Below are positions 46,605 through 58,300 of a DNA stretch of 64,000 nt, in pieces. How positions within the stretch are numbered: the stretch's first letter is position 1; each line of letters opens with the position of its first letter. Made by a program: the position numbers and the translations under genes. Origin of the DNA: Macrostomum lignano (taxonomy: Eukaryota); the NCBI GenBank assembly GCA_002269645.1, contig NIVC01003054.1, positions 58,561-122,560 on the forward strand, written 5' to 3'. The notes beneath the pieces are model-generated. The model was not told the DNA's origin and did no database searches. It was given only the letters and a program-made list of their open reading frames with translations.

Positions 46605-47355
46605 CCCCCCCTCACCTTGGGTCTTGACCCCTCGGCATCCGCCCCCTTCACTCTGGGTCTTGACCCCCCTCTGGATCCGCCCCCCTCACTCTGGGTCTTG
46701 ACCCCTCGGCATCCGCCACATTCACTCTGGGTCTTGACCCCCCTCAGGATCCGCCCCCCTCACTCTGGGTCCGCCCCCTCATTCTGGGTCTTGACCCCCT
46801 CAGGATCCTCCCCCTCACTCTGGGTCTTGACCCCCCTCTGGATCCACCCCCCCTCACTCTGGGTCTTGACCCCCCTCTGGATCCGCCCCCTCACTCTGGG
46901 TCTTGACCCCCCTCAGGATCCTCCCCCTCACTCTGAGTCTTGACCCCCCTCCCTCAGGATCTGCCGATCCGCCCCCTTACTCTGGGTCTTGACCCCCCTC
47001 AGGATCCGCCCCCCTTACTCTGGGTCTTGACCCCCTCAGGATCCGCCCCCCTTACTCTAAGTCTTGACCCCTCAGGATCCGCCCCGCTCACTCTAAGTCT
47101 TGACCCCCTTTGGATCCGCCCGCTCACTCTAAGTCTTGACCCCCCTCAGGATCCGCCCCCCTCACTCTGGGTCTTGACCCCTAAGGATCCGCCCCGCTCA
47201 CTCTAAGTCTTGACCCCTCAGGATCCGCCCCGCTCACTCTAAGTCTTGACCCCCTTTGGATCCGCCCCGCTCACTCTAAGTCTTGACCCCCTTTGGATCC
47301 GCCCCGCTCACTCTAAGTCTTGACCCCTCAGGATCCGCCTCAGGATCCGCCCCCA
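46605..47355. repeat. ~37-bp minisatellite (CTCACTCTGGGTCTTGACCCCCCTCTGGATCCGCCCC)n
   Basis: Seen directly. Confidence 0.9.
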
Positions 47356-47793
47356 CGTCCTGCAAAAATTTCAAGCAGGATGCAGCCGAGTAGCCATTAA
47401 TTTTTTTCGGCACAGCACGAACACAGAGGAAAATAAAACAAATTGACAATGACCATCTCTTTAGCCAACCCACAGTGAACTTTGCTTGACTTGGCCAGCT
47501 CAATTGTTTTCTTATTTCAATGTACAATAACATATAATTACACACAGCTGTTTGCCAGCTAGCTGTCTGTGACTGTGCCATTGTGAGACTCAACCTGAGG
47601 CCGCAGCTATTTTTTAATCCGGTAACAATTCGCTAGAAAATGCATTAAAACTGTCAGACATTGGCATCCATCCGCCTTATTTTTCCAGGATGTCTTAGCT
47701 CCATTAACCAGTGTATATATATGCGGCTGCATAAGGCTGTGTGCAGACCGTGACTTTGCTTTTAACACAATCCAACCATTCTAAAGCAATAGC

Positions 47794-49342
47794 ATGACTC
47801 AGCTAAGGCAAAAATGCTTCCAAGAGGAAAAATATCCTCTCGAACTGCTTCTGAACGACCTTTACGCCAGTGAGGAGCGCAGCTGTAAGCGATTTGCCAT
47901 TTTATCTGACTGGGCGCCATTTTATCTGTCTGGGCGCCATTTTATCTGACTGGGCCTCGTTTTATCTGTTTGGACGCCATTTTATCTTTCTGGGCGCCAT
48001 TTTATCTATCTAGGCGCCATTTTATTTGACTGGGCGCCATTTTATCTGACTGGGCGCCATTCTATCTGATTGGGCGCCATTTTATCTGACTGGGCGCCAT
48101 TTTGGGGGCCGTTTTTTTTCGAGGCGCCGCTAGCTTCGAGCGCGCCAGAATCAATGATTGAGGGATTAGCTATTTATTGAAACTTCGTGAAATATCGGTA
48201 GTCAAGGGATCTATCCTTCAACCAAGCAACTTATTTCTATGTACTTTCAGCCCACAAAATCTGCAGCGCCGCAACTTCACAGGAGCTCATTCAACACCAA
48301 ACCTGGGTACCCAACAGATCCGCCATCCAATTTTCAACTGGCAGCTTACCGGAAAACGAAATGTTCCCAATACCTAATCGAGCGTACTTGGCGGATACTT
48401 CCGGGGGAGTGGGTGAGTGTCAAAGCGGAGAAATATGCATCTGATAGCACTCTGTCCCCCACCTCACTCCGCCAACCACCTCACTCCGTCCCCCACCTCA
48501 CTCCGTCCCCCACCTCACTCCGTCCCCCACCTCACTCCGCCAACCACCTCACTCCGCCAACCACCTCACTCCGCAAACCACCTCACTCCGCAAACCACCT
48601 CACTCCGCCAACCACCTCACTCCGCCAACCACCTCACTCCGCCAACCACCTCACTCCGCCAACCACCTCACTCCGCCAACTACCTTTACTTCGCCAACCA
48701 ACTCATCAATTCACCTTTTGATGCATGCATGCATGTACTCTAAAACTTTCGCTGTTTCTTTCAGCGTTTGTTAAGCATCAACAACAGCAGCAGCTGCCGC
48801 ATGCTAGGCTTGAAGAGGCCGATGAATTGCAAGAATCAACGTACTACCAACAAGTTGACTTGACTGTCCGCGACCGCAGCTCCACTCCGATGCATCTCGG
48901 TATCAAGATGAAAAATCCAGCAGCAACGTCTGGTCGAGTTTGCAAAAGCTCGCGACGGTCGAAAAGTTCGCCCCGCATGCTGTTGTGGCAGTTCACCCTG
49001 CAGCTGCTGTTGCGACAGCATTCCTGTATCAAATGGGTCAGGGATCAACTGTCCCGGCCAGGAAGCTTCAAATTCCTGGACAACAACGAAGCGGCCAAGC
49101 TGTGGGGCCGGCACAAGGGCCGGGTTCACATGAGCTATGAGAAGATGAGCAGGAGTATCAGGGACTACTACACCCGGAGAGAAAACAGCAGTTACGGCAT
49201 TATGCTGCCAGATCCCGCAGGCGAACGGCTGTGCTTTGCCTACAATCTGAAATACCCGGAGGTGCTGAAATTCATCGCAGAGAACAGCCCCAGTTACTAT
49301 TCGCAGCTCATTGATGAGGGAATTATTGAGCCTGCTAATTGA
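47794..49342 (+). CDS. ETS-domain transcription factor (divergent, ~276 aa, no PNT domain seen)
   Basis: Seen: exons 47794-47884, 48251-48412 and 48765-49342 join in frame (831 nt) with GTAAGC and GTGAGT donors. ETS motifs: LWQFTLQLL, CIKW, FKFLD, AKLWGRHK, MSYEKMSRSIRDYY. The ETS exon is firm; the upstream exons are moderately supported. Confidence 0.85.
47895..48105. repeat. 20-bp minisatellite (TTTATCTGACTGGGCGCCAT)n, ETS intron 1
   Basis: Seen directly. Confidence 0.85.
48452..48700. repeat. 17-bp minisatellite (CACTCCGCCAACCACCT)n, ETS intron 2
   Basis: Seen directly. Confidence 0.9.
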
Positions 49343-49678
49343 TTCTTTTAATCAAATAGCTGACTATTCTGACAGTATAATAGTCCCTCTGTTGCTGTGA
49401 CGTCAAAAACCAAATTCTCTGATTAGTTTTAAAATAAAAACTTGTTTAAAACAATGATAATCTGAAGTTTTTTCTCAGCTTTTTAATCGAATTTACCTTC
49501 AAATTCACAGTCTGGCGCAATACGAGCTAAACCTCTGAATAAATACGTTTCTGTAGTCGATGGCCAGGCCAAGGAGTTCTATAATTAGCAAAATGGAATG
49601 GAAATATATTAATATAGACTGGCTGTTGAGGACGTTTCTCGGCGTTTCAGTTCGAACAGCCAGTCCATATTAGTGTTA

Positions 49679-50469
49679 TGGGTAGGCTGAAGCGCGGACG
49701 CACAACGCGGTTTCACGTCCACAGAAACTGTCTATGGTTGAAAAAGCTTTAGCCTTTAGCTATATGCTTCGTGGCGGTTTCGCAGTCCGCGGAGACTGTC
49801 TATGGTTGAAACCCAAATAGAGTTTGAAGCATTCTTCTCTTGGTGGGTGGGAGAGAAAATAAGATTTAAACAGCTTTAAGGTTCGGAATTAGCCATGTTT
49901 CACTGGGAATCAATACTAGAGGAAGATAGCGGTTTAGAAATGAATGAGATGAGTTTCTGCAGCAACTTGGACATCGTGATCCTGGTGAAGAAGTTAGTCA
50001 GTGGACCGGTCTGACCGTAAGACAGCAGGAGTTGATTGACGCAGAATTGTCCAATCCAAGCATTCTGAATAATGCCGAGCTTCTGCGGGAACTGACGGAA
50101 GAAGAGGAAGCTGCTGTGTGCAAGACGTCGAAGAGGCTGCCAAACGCAAATCGACCACGGATCAAACCGCTCTCCATGTGAAGCGCTTCAAAAAATATCT
50201 GGTATTGAGATTCAAAAAACTATTGAGGTAACTATTGATGAACTCTCCAGCCACATATCATTTTGAGCTTCCAAGCGTTATTTACTGAATTATTTCGTTT
50301 ACTTCGTGTTTCATTCCTGTTGTGTTTGGTCTTGTGTTTGTTGGCAGTGAAATATACAGTGGCTATAAGTGATGAATTGAATATAATTGAAATATGCTTC
50401 AACCATAGACAGTGACGGCGGACAAATGTAGAGCGTTTCAATCGCGTTTCAACCCAGGCAGCCTACCCA
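49679..50469. mobile_element. TA-flanked non-autonomous element with short TIRs and a decayed internal coding fragment
   Basis: Seen: 11-bp TIR TGGGTAGGCTG / CAGCCTACCCA, with TA on both sides (49677-49678 and 50470-50471). The subterminal motif CTGTCTATGGTTGAA occurs twice near the left end and once inverted near 50398-50412. Confidence 0.55.
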
Positions 50470-50909
50470 TATGATCGATGTAACATGTACGTATAAGGTA
50501 TCACCCCCATGGACTGATTTATCTGGCCCACATTACAAGACTGAGGACTGCGTTGATTGGCCGAGGCCAATAGACAGTTGATGGAATTGACAATCAGATA
50601 AGATAATGGACGTACGAGTCCATATAACTTATACTCATCATATATTATTAGTATTTTTTAATAAAATCATGCAAAGCCGTAGCTCGATCTTATCAATTAG
50701 AAGAATCTGGCGGTGGAGTCTATGAATGGTGTAATAATGACCGTTTTGACTCGTCATTGTGTTTTGGTAGAAGTTATTCGGCGACATCGTTCCCCAACCT
50801 CAGCGCTGGGGCAATTCGCCCATTCCTCTGACTCCTGAGCACATATAATTGTTACACACTTCCAAACTTCCAAACGAAACTTTCTAAAACCTTTTGAAAG
50901 ATGCGTATC

Positions 50910-51944
50910 CAAGGACTTCTAGACTAACAGGACGTAATACTCAAAGATCGTGCAATTTTTTGGAGGCCACGATTTCCTGGAAAAAATACACTGCGAAGAT
51001 AGGAAAAAATATGTTTTTCGTCACAAAATCTGTGATTGTATTTGATCTGGGGCAGTGAAGACTACCATTCTTTTAATTTAACATGCACAACATGTTACTC
51101 TATTATATTTTCATATAGCTGTGTAGTGAAGTTTTAATTTTCATATTGTTTTCACTTTATTTCATAAGCCCAAAGTTGCAAACTCACAAGTGGCATTAGC
51201 CAAACTTTTTGTGTTGTTCTTTTTAAAATAAAGTATAAAAACATTGCAAGTAGGTACTCTTAGTCTTAAGCTATTATTGTAGGTTTAGTAACTATACTAA
51301 TTCCTAGGCCTACTAGAACTAGACCTATCACTACACTATCTAGCCTAATAAGTAATTAAATTTAGACAATGATTTTTTATTATATATAGATTACCAATAC
51401 ATAGTTTCATATGGTTGGTTACCTAGGCTTGAGAAAGCTGTATTATCAGTTTTTAAGCCAAGCCTATATTTAAGACTAAGATTTAAGAAGAATAGACTTA
51501 ATCACAAAAATAGGCCCTAACCATTTTTACTAGGTATCTATAAGAAAAAACATTGATTAGTCCTTTTATAATTTTTATTTTAAAGGCTAAAAAGATTATT
51601 ATATTACAAATTTGAATAGCTTTTCTTTTCTTGAATTTGATATTTGGCTAGGTCTAATGCCACTTGTGAGTTTGCAACTTTGGGCTTATGAAATAAAGTG
51701 AAAACAATATGAAAATTAAAACTTCATTACATAGCTATATGAAAATATAATAGAGTAACATGTTGTGCATGGTAAATTAAAAGAATGGTAGTCTTCACTG
51801 CCCCAGATCAAATACAATCACAGATTTTGTGACGAAAAACATATTTTTTCCTATCTTCGCAGTGTATTTTTTTCCAGGAAATCGTGGCCTCCAAAAAATT
51901 GCACGATCTTTGAGTTTTACGTCCTGTTAGTCTAGAAGTCCTTG
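50910..51944. mobile_element. Non-autonomous foldback-like DNA transposon, ~290-bp TIRs, 8-bp TSD (P-element-like ends)
   Basis: Seen: TSD TGCGTATC at 50902-50909 and 51945-51952; near-perfect TIRs 50910-51199 and 51654-51944 starting CAAGGACTTCTAG; AT-rich 454-bp interior with no ORF. P-superfamily affinity is inference (CAAGG terminus, 8-bp TSD). Confidence 0.85.
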
Positions 51945-54900
51945 TGCGTATCTCCCTAACTATAATTTGAACAATTCAATAAAGCAATACTTATCAGATA
52001 CGAAAACACAGTTTTTCTGTGTTAGGAAAATATTCTACATAGACACATACCTCAAGAACTCTTTTTTAACAGTCAGTAGTTAAAACAAATAATTGGTCAG
52101 TATTATGATAAGAGTTTTTCCAAATACTTTCCAGGATGCTTTAAATTACTTATTAGTTATTAGTTAAAGAAAATTAATACGATGTTTTAATTTTCTAATA
52201 AACAAATAAGCGTACATTTAAAAGCAATAAGTTCGTTGTTTTAAATTTACACATGACGAACTTTTGCTTGGCATGAGATGAGTGGTGTTATCTGGGAACA
52301 GATATTCTACTAGTATTAGGAGCACGATTTCGACTCGCAAAGTTTTACATGACAATTTAGAATTGCTTCGATTTATAAAATGTTTTTTTTTCATTATTTA
52401 TTAGTTATTTCTCTTTCGTTTGACTCTGACTTTGACATTTCATTGTAATTTGGTCAAAGAAAGGTCTATTGCACTAGTTCTATTGTTCATGTTGAACTTG
52501 AGCTTCAGTACAGGGGAATGCCGAAGTTTCTTTTAAACAAGTTTTTTTCTTTTCATTTACTTTTGTTCAGATAGCCCTACCTATATAGGCCTAAGCGGTT
52601 TGCTAGGTCTAGGTCTACTGATTGTGATTGACAGATCGAATTCCAACCCTACCCTTAATTCCTTCAATAGTCTTCTATTATTTATAAGGGAACTAGTTAG
52701 GCCTATTTCAATGATAGTCACTTTGGTAATTTCCATTTTGGTGACAGGTTAGGCTATAGGCCTACTTTGGGCTTTAGGGCCAAATGTGTAGGGGCCTAGG
52801 GGGGCCTATCTATTATTTACTAGTCTGATTTATTTTTATGATGAATTAGTAGACAATGATAATTAATAGAGAATTTTTATTAATTTATTAATTTATTATT
52901 CTTTTTGAAATACCCTTTGCTTTGCTATATGTAGTCCTATAAATGATAAATAGCCTAGGCCTATTGTTTATTTTTTTACTTTTCTCCATGTTTATTTTCC
53001 AGATTTTAACTATTTGCTTTATAGGCCTATAGGCCTATTATTATGTATTAACTATTTGTCTTTTTTAGTTTATTAACTGAGTTTTGATTTTTAAGGTTTA
53101 ATTTTATGCATATTTCAAATTTGTTAATTGAGATTTGATCATTAAGTTATATTCAATGCATATGCAGCTTACATGTAATTGCATATATAATTGCAATTGG
53201 CGTTTGATTCATACAATAGATGCAATGAAATCTTTTGTGAATTCCACTTTGAGATGCATATATTTAAGAATGTTCTTGACTACATGAAAATTTATATGCA
53301 TTTTTAATCACCTTTAAAATAATATGCATAGATAATTATAGACAGTGAAATGAATGCTTTATGCATACATACATATATATTTGTTATTAAATTAACCTAC
53401 CACTGAAATAGATATTACCAATGTGACTGTCACTAAACTATTACCAAAGTAACCAGAATTCTTTTTTGAAGCCTTCTCAAAAGCCTTCTCAAATGGTCAA
53501 TTTTTTATGCCTTTATTAATTAATCTTTGCCTATCTTCAAGCATCAGTTATCAGATTTAAAGCCAATGGTGCAACCAGGGGATAGGAGTAGGGGAGCAAA
53601 TACTAGGGGCAAGAGGCAAAAACCAAAAAACTCAAAGGGGAACCAAGCAATTTTTTGCCAAAATACAAGGCCAAGTTATCTTTTCCCCTCTTTCTTTACT
53701 TTTCTCTTCTAGGTATTTATTACTCTAAAAAATCAATTTCCTTAATAATTTTTTGGTTGCAATATTAATTAGAAAATAATTGTCCCCTGGCCTAATTCTA
53801 TCCCTTCATTTATGTCAATCATGATCCACAATATCTATACCAATATAATATTTAACTTTTGACTTGTTCCAAATTGTCATTCCTATATCAAAGCAACTAT
53901 TTAGCTAGTCTAGTATTTAGATTTTCAAATTTCTAATTCTAATTGAAACCAATTATTATTTGGCCTATTAGGTTATTAAGTTGTTTTAATTTATATTAAA
54001 TGTTATAAATGTTTATCCTGATTCCATCTCTATTGTTTTAGGCTATCTATCATTAAACTATAAGTATAAAGTGTAAAATATCTGGTAATGGAATAATCTA
54101 CTGGAAAATTGTGCCACAGAGCTGCATATAGCATAGCTATTAGTATACAAAAGACCAAAATGTTATAATCCAGGAAAGGGTCTTGTATTGTTTATTGTTG
54201 CAATACTTTTGATAATTTCCAACATAAAGATCACAAGTTAATTTTTTTTCTGGCATAAATTTGAATTTATGATATAGGGAGTCATTTCTTTGGTGTACCA
54301 TGTAACAGGTTTGAGTGTGGCATCTAACTATACTAACCATTTTGATATTAAAAATACTTGAAAAAACAATGAAAAGTAGGTAGAAGCTTCAATCTATCCA
54401 ATCTTCACCTTCAACTTTTTTCAATCCCTTTTTACCTAACCTAACTCCAAATTGCATAGTGCAAGCTATGTCACTCAAAAGTCAATACTGCAAGAATTTA
54501 TTGCACATTGTCAAAGGTAGCAACTTTTAATGCTATTGAGAAATTTAATATATATTTTGGATAGAAAATTTTAACTTTTCTATAAATACTATAACACTTA
54601 AAAAGTTGTTATCAAGCATGCTATTTGATCTTCATATTTACTAAGTAACTTAATTACTTTATATTTTGTAGAAATTTCTTAATTTTAATGTTAAAAATTG
54701 AGTGTTTGAAAAATAAGGTCAAGTACTCATAAGGACTCTGCTAATATATAAATATTACTAGAGTATTACTATAATATTAACTATATAGGCAAGCATTGTC
54801 CAAAATGTTAGAAAATTGGAAAGCTAGAATAAAAGTCCAATTGAGTTAGAAGAGGTTAGTTTATTTGTGAGGAAGTTCATCTATATATATAGATATATAT

Positions 54901-55302
54901 ATAGTAATTTAATATGCATATTTTAAAAAAAAAGAATGTCTCAATATATTTTGAGCATTAAAACAAAAAGTAAAACTTAGTTTGGCATCTAAGAGAGAAA
55001 AAAACAAAAGCTGATGACCAAAAGAGAAGAGCACTAATTATTTGAAGCCAAAGAGGGAAATATTCAAATTGCATATTGAGCACAGCTGTATTGCAAAAAG
55101 GCTCTTCACATAACAACCGTATATTTTCGTGGAAAACTGCTGCACTAGCTACTCGTAGGTAAAATTCAGAATTGATCAATAAAGTTAAAACTAAATAGGT
55201 GGCGTGGCATGTTTCGTTTTTAATAGAGGCATAGTTACTCTCGCCTTTTACCCAACAAAAATACTGCCATTATTGCATGCCATCTACACAAGCGCACAGA
55301 AA

Positions 55303-58300
55303 ATGCGCCTTCTAGCCGCCTCTCGCACCGTTGCCGGCTTCCGCGCCGCCATTGGTCAGTCCAATCGTCACCTGTGCAAAGCCGCTGCATCTGGTGGCCA
55401 ACTGCCCGAAGACTGGGCCGCCCTAGCTAAAAAACAACTGAAAGGCCAGGATCCGACCAAGTTAAACTGGCGCACAGCCGAGGGCATTGTTATCCGGCCA
55501 ATATATACAAAAGATGACGCGGCCAAGGTTGACAGGGAAGTGTCCGGCAAATTCCCGTACACTAGGGGTCCCTATCCCACAATGTACGCCCAGAAGCCCT
55601 GGACAATTCGCCAGTACGCGGGTTTCAGCACGGTTGAGGAGAGCAATAAATTCTATAGGGCCAACATCGCCGCAGGACAGCAGGGCCTCAGCGTGGCCTT
55701 CGACTTGGCCACTCACCGTGGCTACGACAGCGACAACCCCAGGGTGAAGGGCGACGTCGGCATGGCCGGTGTGGCCATCGACACCGTGGAGGATATGAAA
55801 ATCCTTTTTGACTCTATCCCACTGAATAAGATATCCACCTCTATGACTATGAATGGAGCTGTGCTGCCCGTTCTGGCCTTCTATATTGTGGCTGCCGAGG
55901 AGCAGGTGAGTCAGAGATTAGTCATCTGATTCTATGACTCATGAGTAATCTGATTTTGTGACTTGTGAGTAATTTGGTTCTGTGACTTATGAGTAATCTG
56001 GTTCTGTGACTCATGAGTAATCTGATTTTGTGACTCATAAGTAATCTGGTTCTGTGACTCATAAGTAATCTGGTTCTATGACTCATAAGTAATCTGGTTC
56101 TATGACTCATAAGTAATCTGGTTCTGTGACTCATGAGTAACCTGATTCTGTGACTTATGAGTAATCTGGTTCTGTGACTCATGAGTAATTTGGTCCTGTG
56201 ACTCATGAGTAACCTGATTCCGTGACTTATGAGTAATCTGGTTCTGTGACTCATGAGTAACCTGATTCCGTGACTTATGAGTAATCTGGTCTGTGACTCA
56301 TGAGTAATTTGGTTCTGTGACTCATGAGTAATTTGGTTCTGTGACTCATGAGTAACCTGATTCTGTGACTTATGAGTAATCTGGTTCTGTGACTCATGAG
56401 TAATCTGGTTCTGTGACTCATGAGTTACCTGATTCTGTGACTTATGTTTGTAAATATCTGAACCTGCAGGGCGCCAATCAAGCGGAGCTGGCCGGCACCA
56501 TCCAAAACGACATCCTGAAGGAGTTCATGGTCCGCAACACTTACATTTTTCCGCCTGAGCCCAGCATGCGCATCATTGCCGACATATTCAGCTATTGCTC
56601 AAAGAATATGCCCAAGTTCAACTGTATTAGCATATCTGGCTATCACATGCAGGTAGGGCTGTTTGTTGCATCACACAGTACCAGATACAGACACATCGTG
56701 ACTGATACAAAGATATATGGTAACAGATACAAAGACACACGGTGACTGATACAAAGACACACGGTGACAGATACAAAGACACACGGTGACTGATACAAAG
56801 ACACACGGTGACGGATATAAAGACACACGGTGACTGATACAAAGACACACGGTGACTGATACAAAGACACGGTGACTGATACAAAGACACACGGTGACTG
56901 ATACAAAGACACACGGTGACAGATACAAAGACACACGGTGACTGATACAAAGACACACGGTGACTGATACAAAGACACACGGTGACGGATATAAAGACAC
57001 ACGGTGACTGATACAAAGACACACGGTGACTGATACAAAGACACACGGTGACTGATACAAAGACACACGGTGACGGATACAAAGACACACGGTGACAGAT
57101 ACAAAGACACACGGGGACTGATACAAAGACACACGGGGACTGATACAAAGACACACGGGGACTGATACAAAGACACACGGGGACTGATACAAAGACACAC
57201 GGGGACTGATACAAAGACACGGTAACAGATATAAAGACACACGGTAACAGGTAAAATGACACAATGGTTGATTTACAGGCCTAGATGCAATATGCCTTTC
57301 CCTCCGAATGTCACCTGCAGGAGGCCGGAGCTGATGCAATCCAAGAGCTGGCATTCACCATCGCCGATGGCCTGGAGTACTGCCGCGCTGGCATCAAGGC
57401 CGGCCTCACTATTGACGAGTTCGCGCCCAGGCTGAGCTTCTTCTGGGGCATCGGAATGAATTTCTACATGGAGATTGCTAAGCTGCGGGCGGCCAGGCGC
57501 CTGTGGGCCATTTTGCTCAAGGAGAATTTCAAGCCCAAGTCGGAAAAGTCGCTGCTGTTGAGGTGCCACTCGCAGACCTCCGGCTGGTCGCTAACTGAAC
57601 AGGATCCTTATAATAATATTATTCGTACTGCGGTGAGTGGCCGCTTCTGTGGTTCTATTAATAGCATCTGATGACGTCATTTTTTCGACACAGCGGTTCT
57701 ATAAAGACTTCTGGAAGAAGAGCTTGTGCTCGTTGACAATATGGATATGGAGATTTCTAAAAGGAAGTTTCGCACTTTATGGCTTGTTCTTCATTTTTTC
57801 CATCTTGTCTGCAGGTGGAAGCCATGGCCTCAGTGTTCGGCGGCACCCAGTCGTTGCACACGAACTCGTTTGACGAAGCTCTGGGCCTGCCGACTCAGTT
57901 TTCTGCTCGAATCGCCCGCAACACGCAAATCATTCTGCAGGAGGAGACCGGCATCCCCGCGTCATCGATCCCTGGGGCGGCTCCTACATGATGGAGGCTC
58001 TCACTGACGAGATCTACGACAAGGCGCTCAAGCTCATTCAGGAAATTGAGTCCCACGGCGGCATGGCCAAGGCCGTTGCCGACGGCATTCCGAAGCTCAA
58101 GATTGAGGAGGCTGCCGCTAAGAAGCAGGTATGCAGCCTCGGGTACCTGGTCTACTCTATGCCAACAGCATCCATCCACTAAGCCATCAGCAACCTCCCA
58201 ACCGCCACACCCCCGCCCCAGATCCTCCGTTACTGGGCCAACGCCTGCCTCCCAGATCCCCAGTTGCTGGGCCAGCCTCCCAGATCCCCAGTTTCTGGGC

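Noticed and set aside
53575-53795. Decayed MITE with CAGGGATAG-like ends
   Set aside because: The inverted ends are imperfect and no TSD is visible.
52000-55200. Short ORFs in AT-rich DNA upstream of MMUT (and similarly 24000-26000 and 61600-64000)
   Set aside because: Low-complexity AT-rich sequence with no motifs, coding-like codon bias or element termini that I can support.
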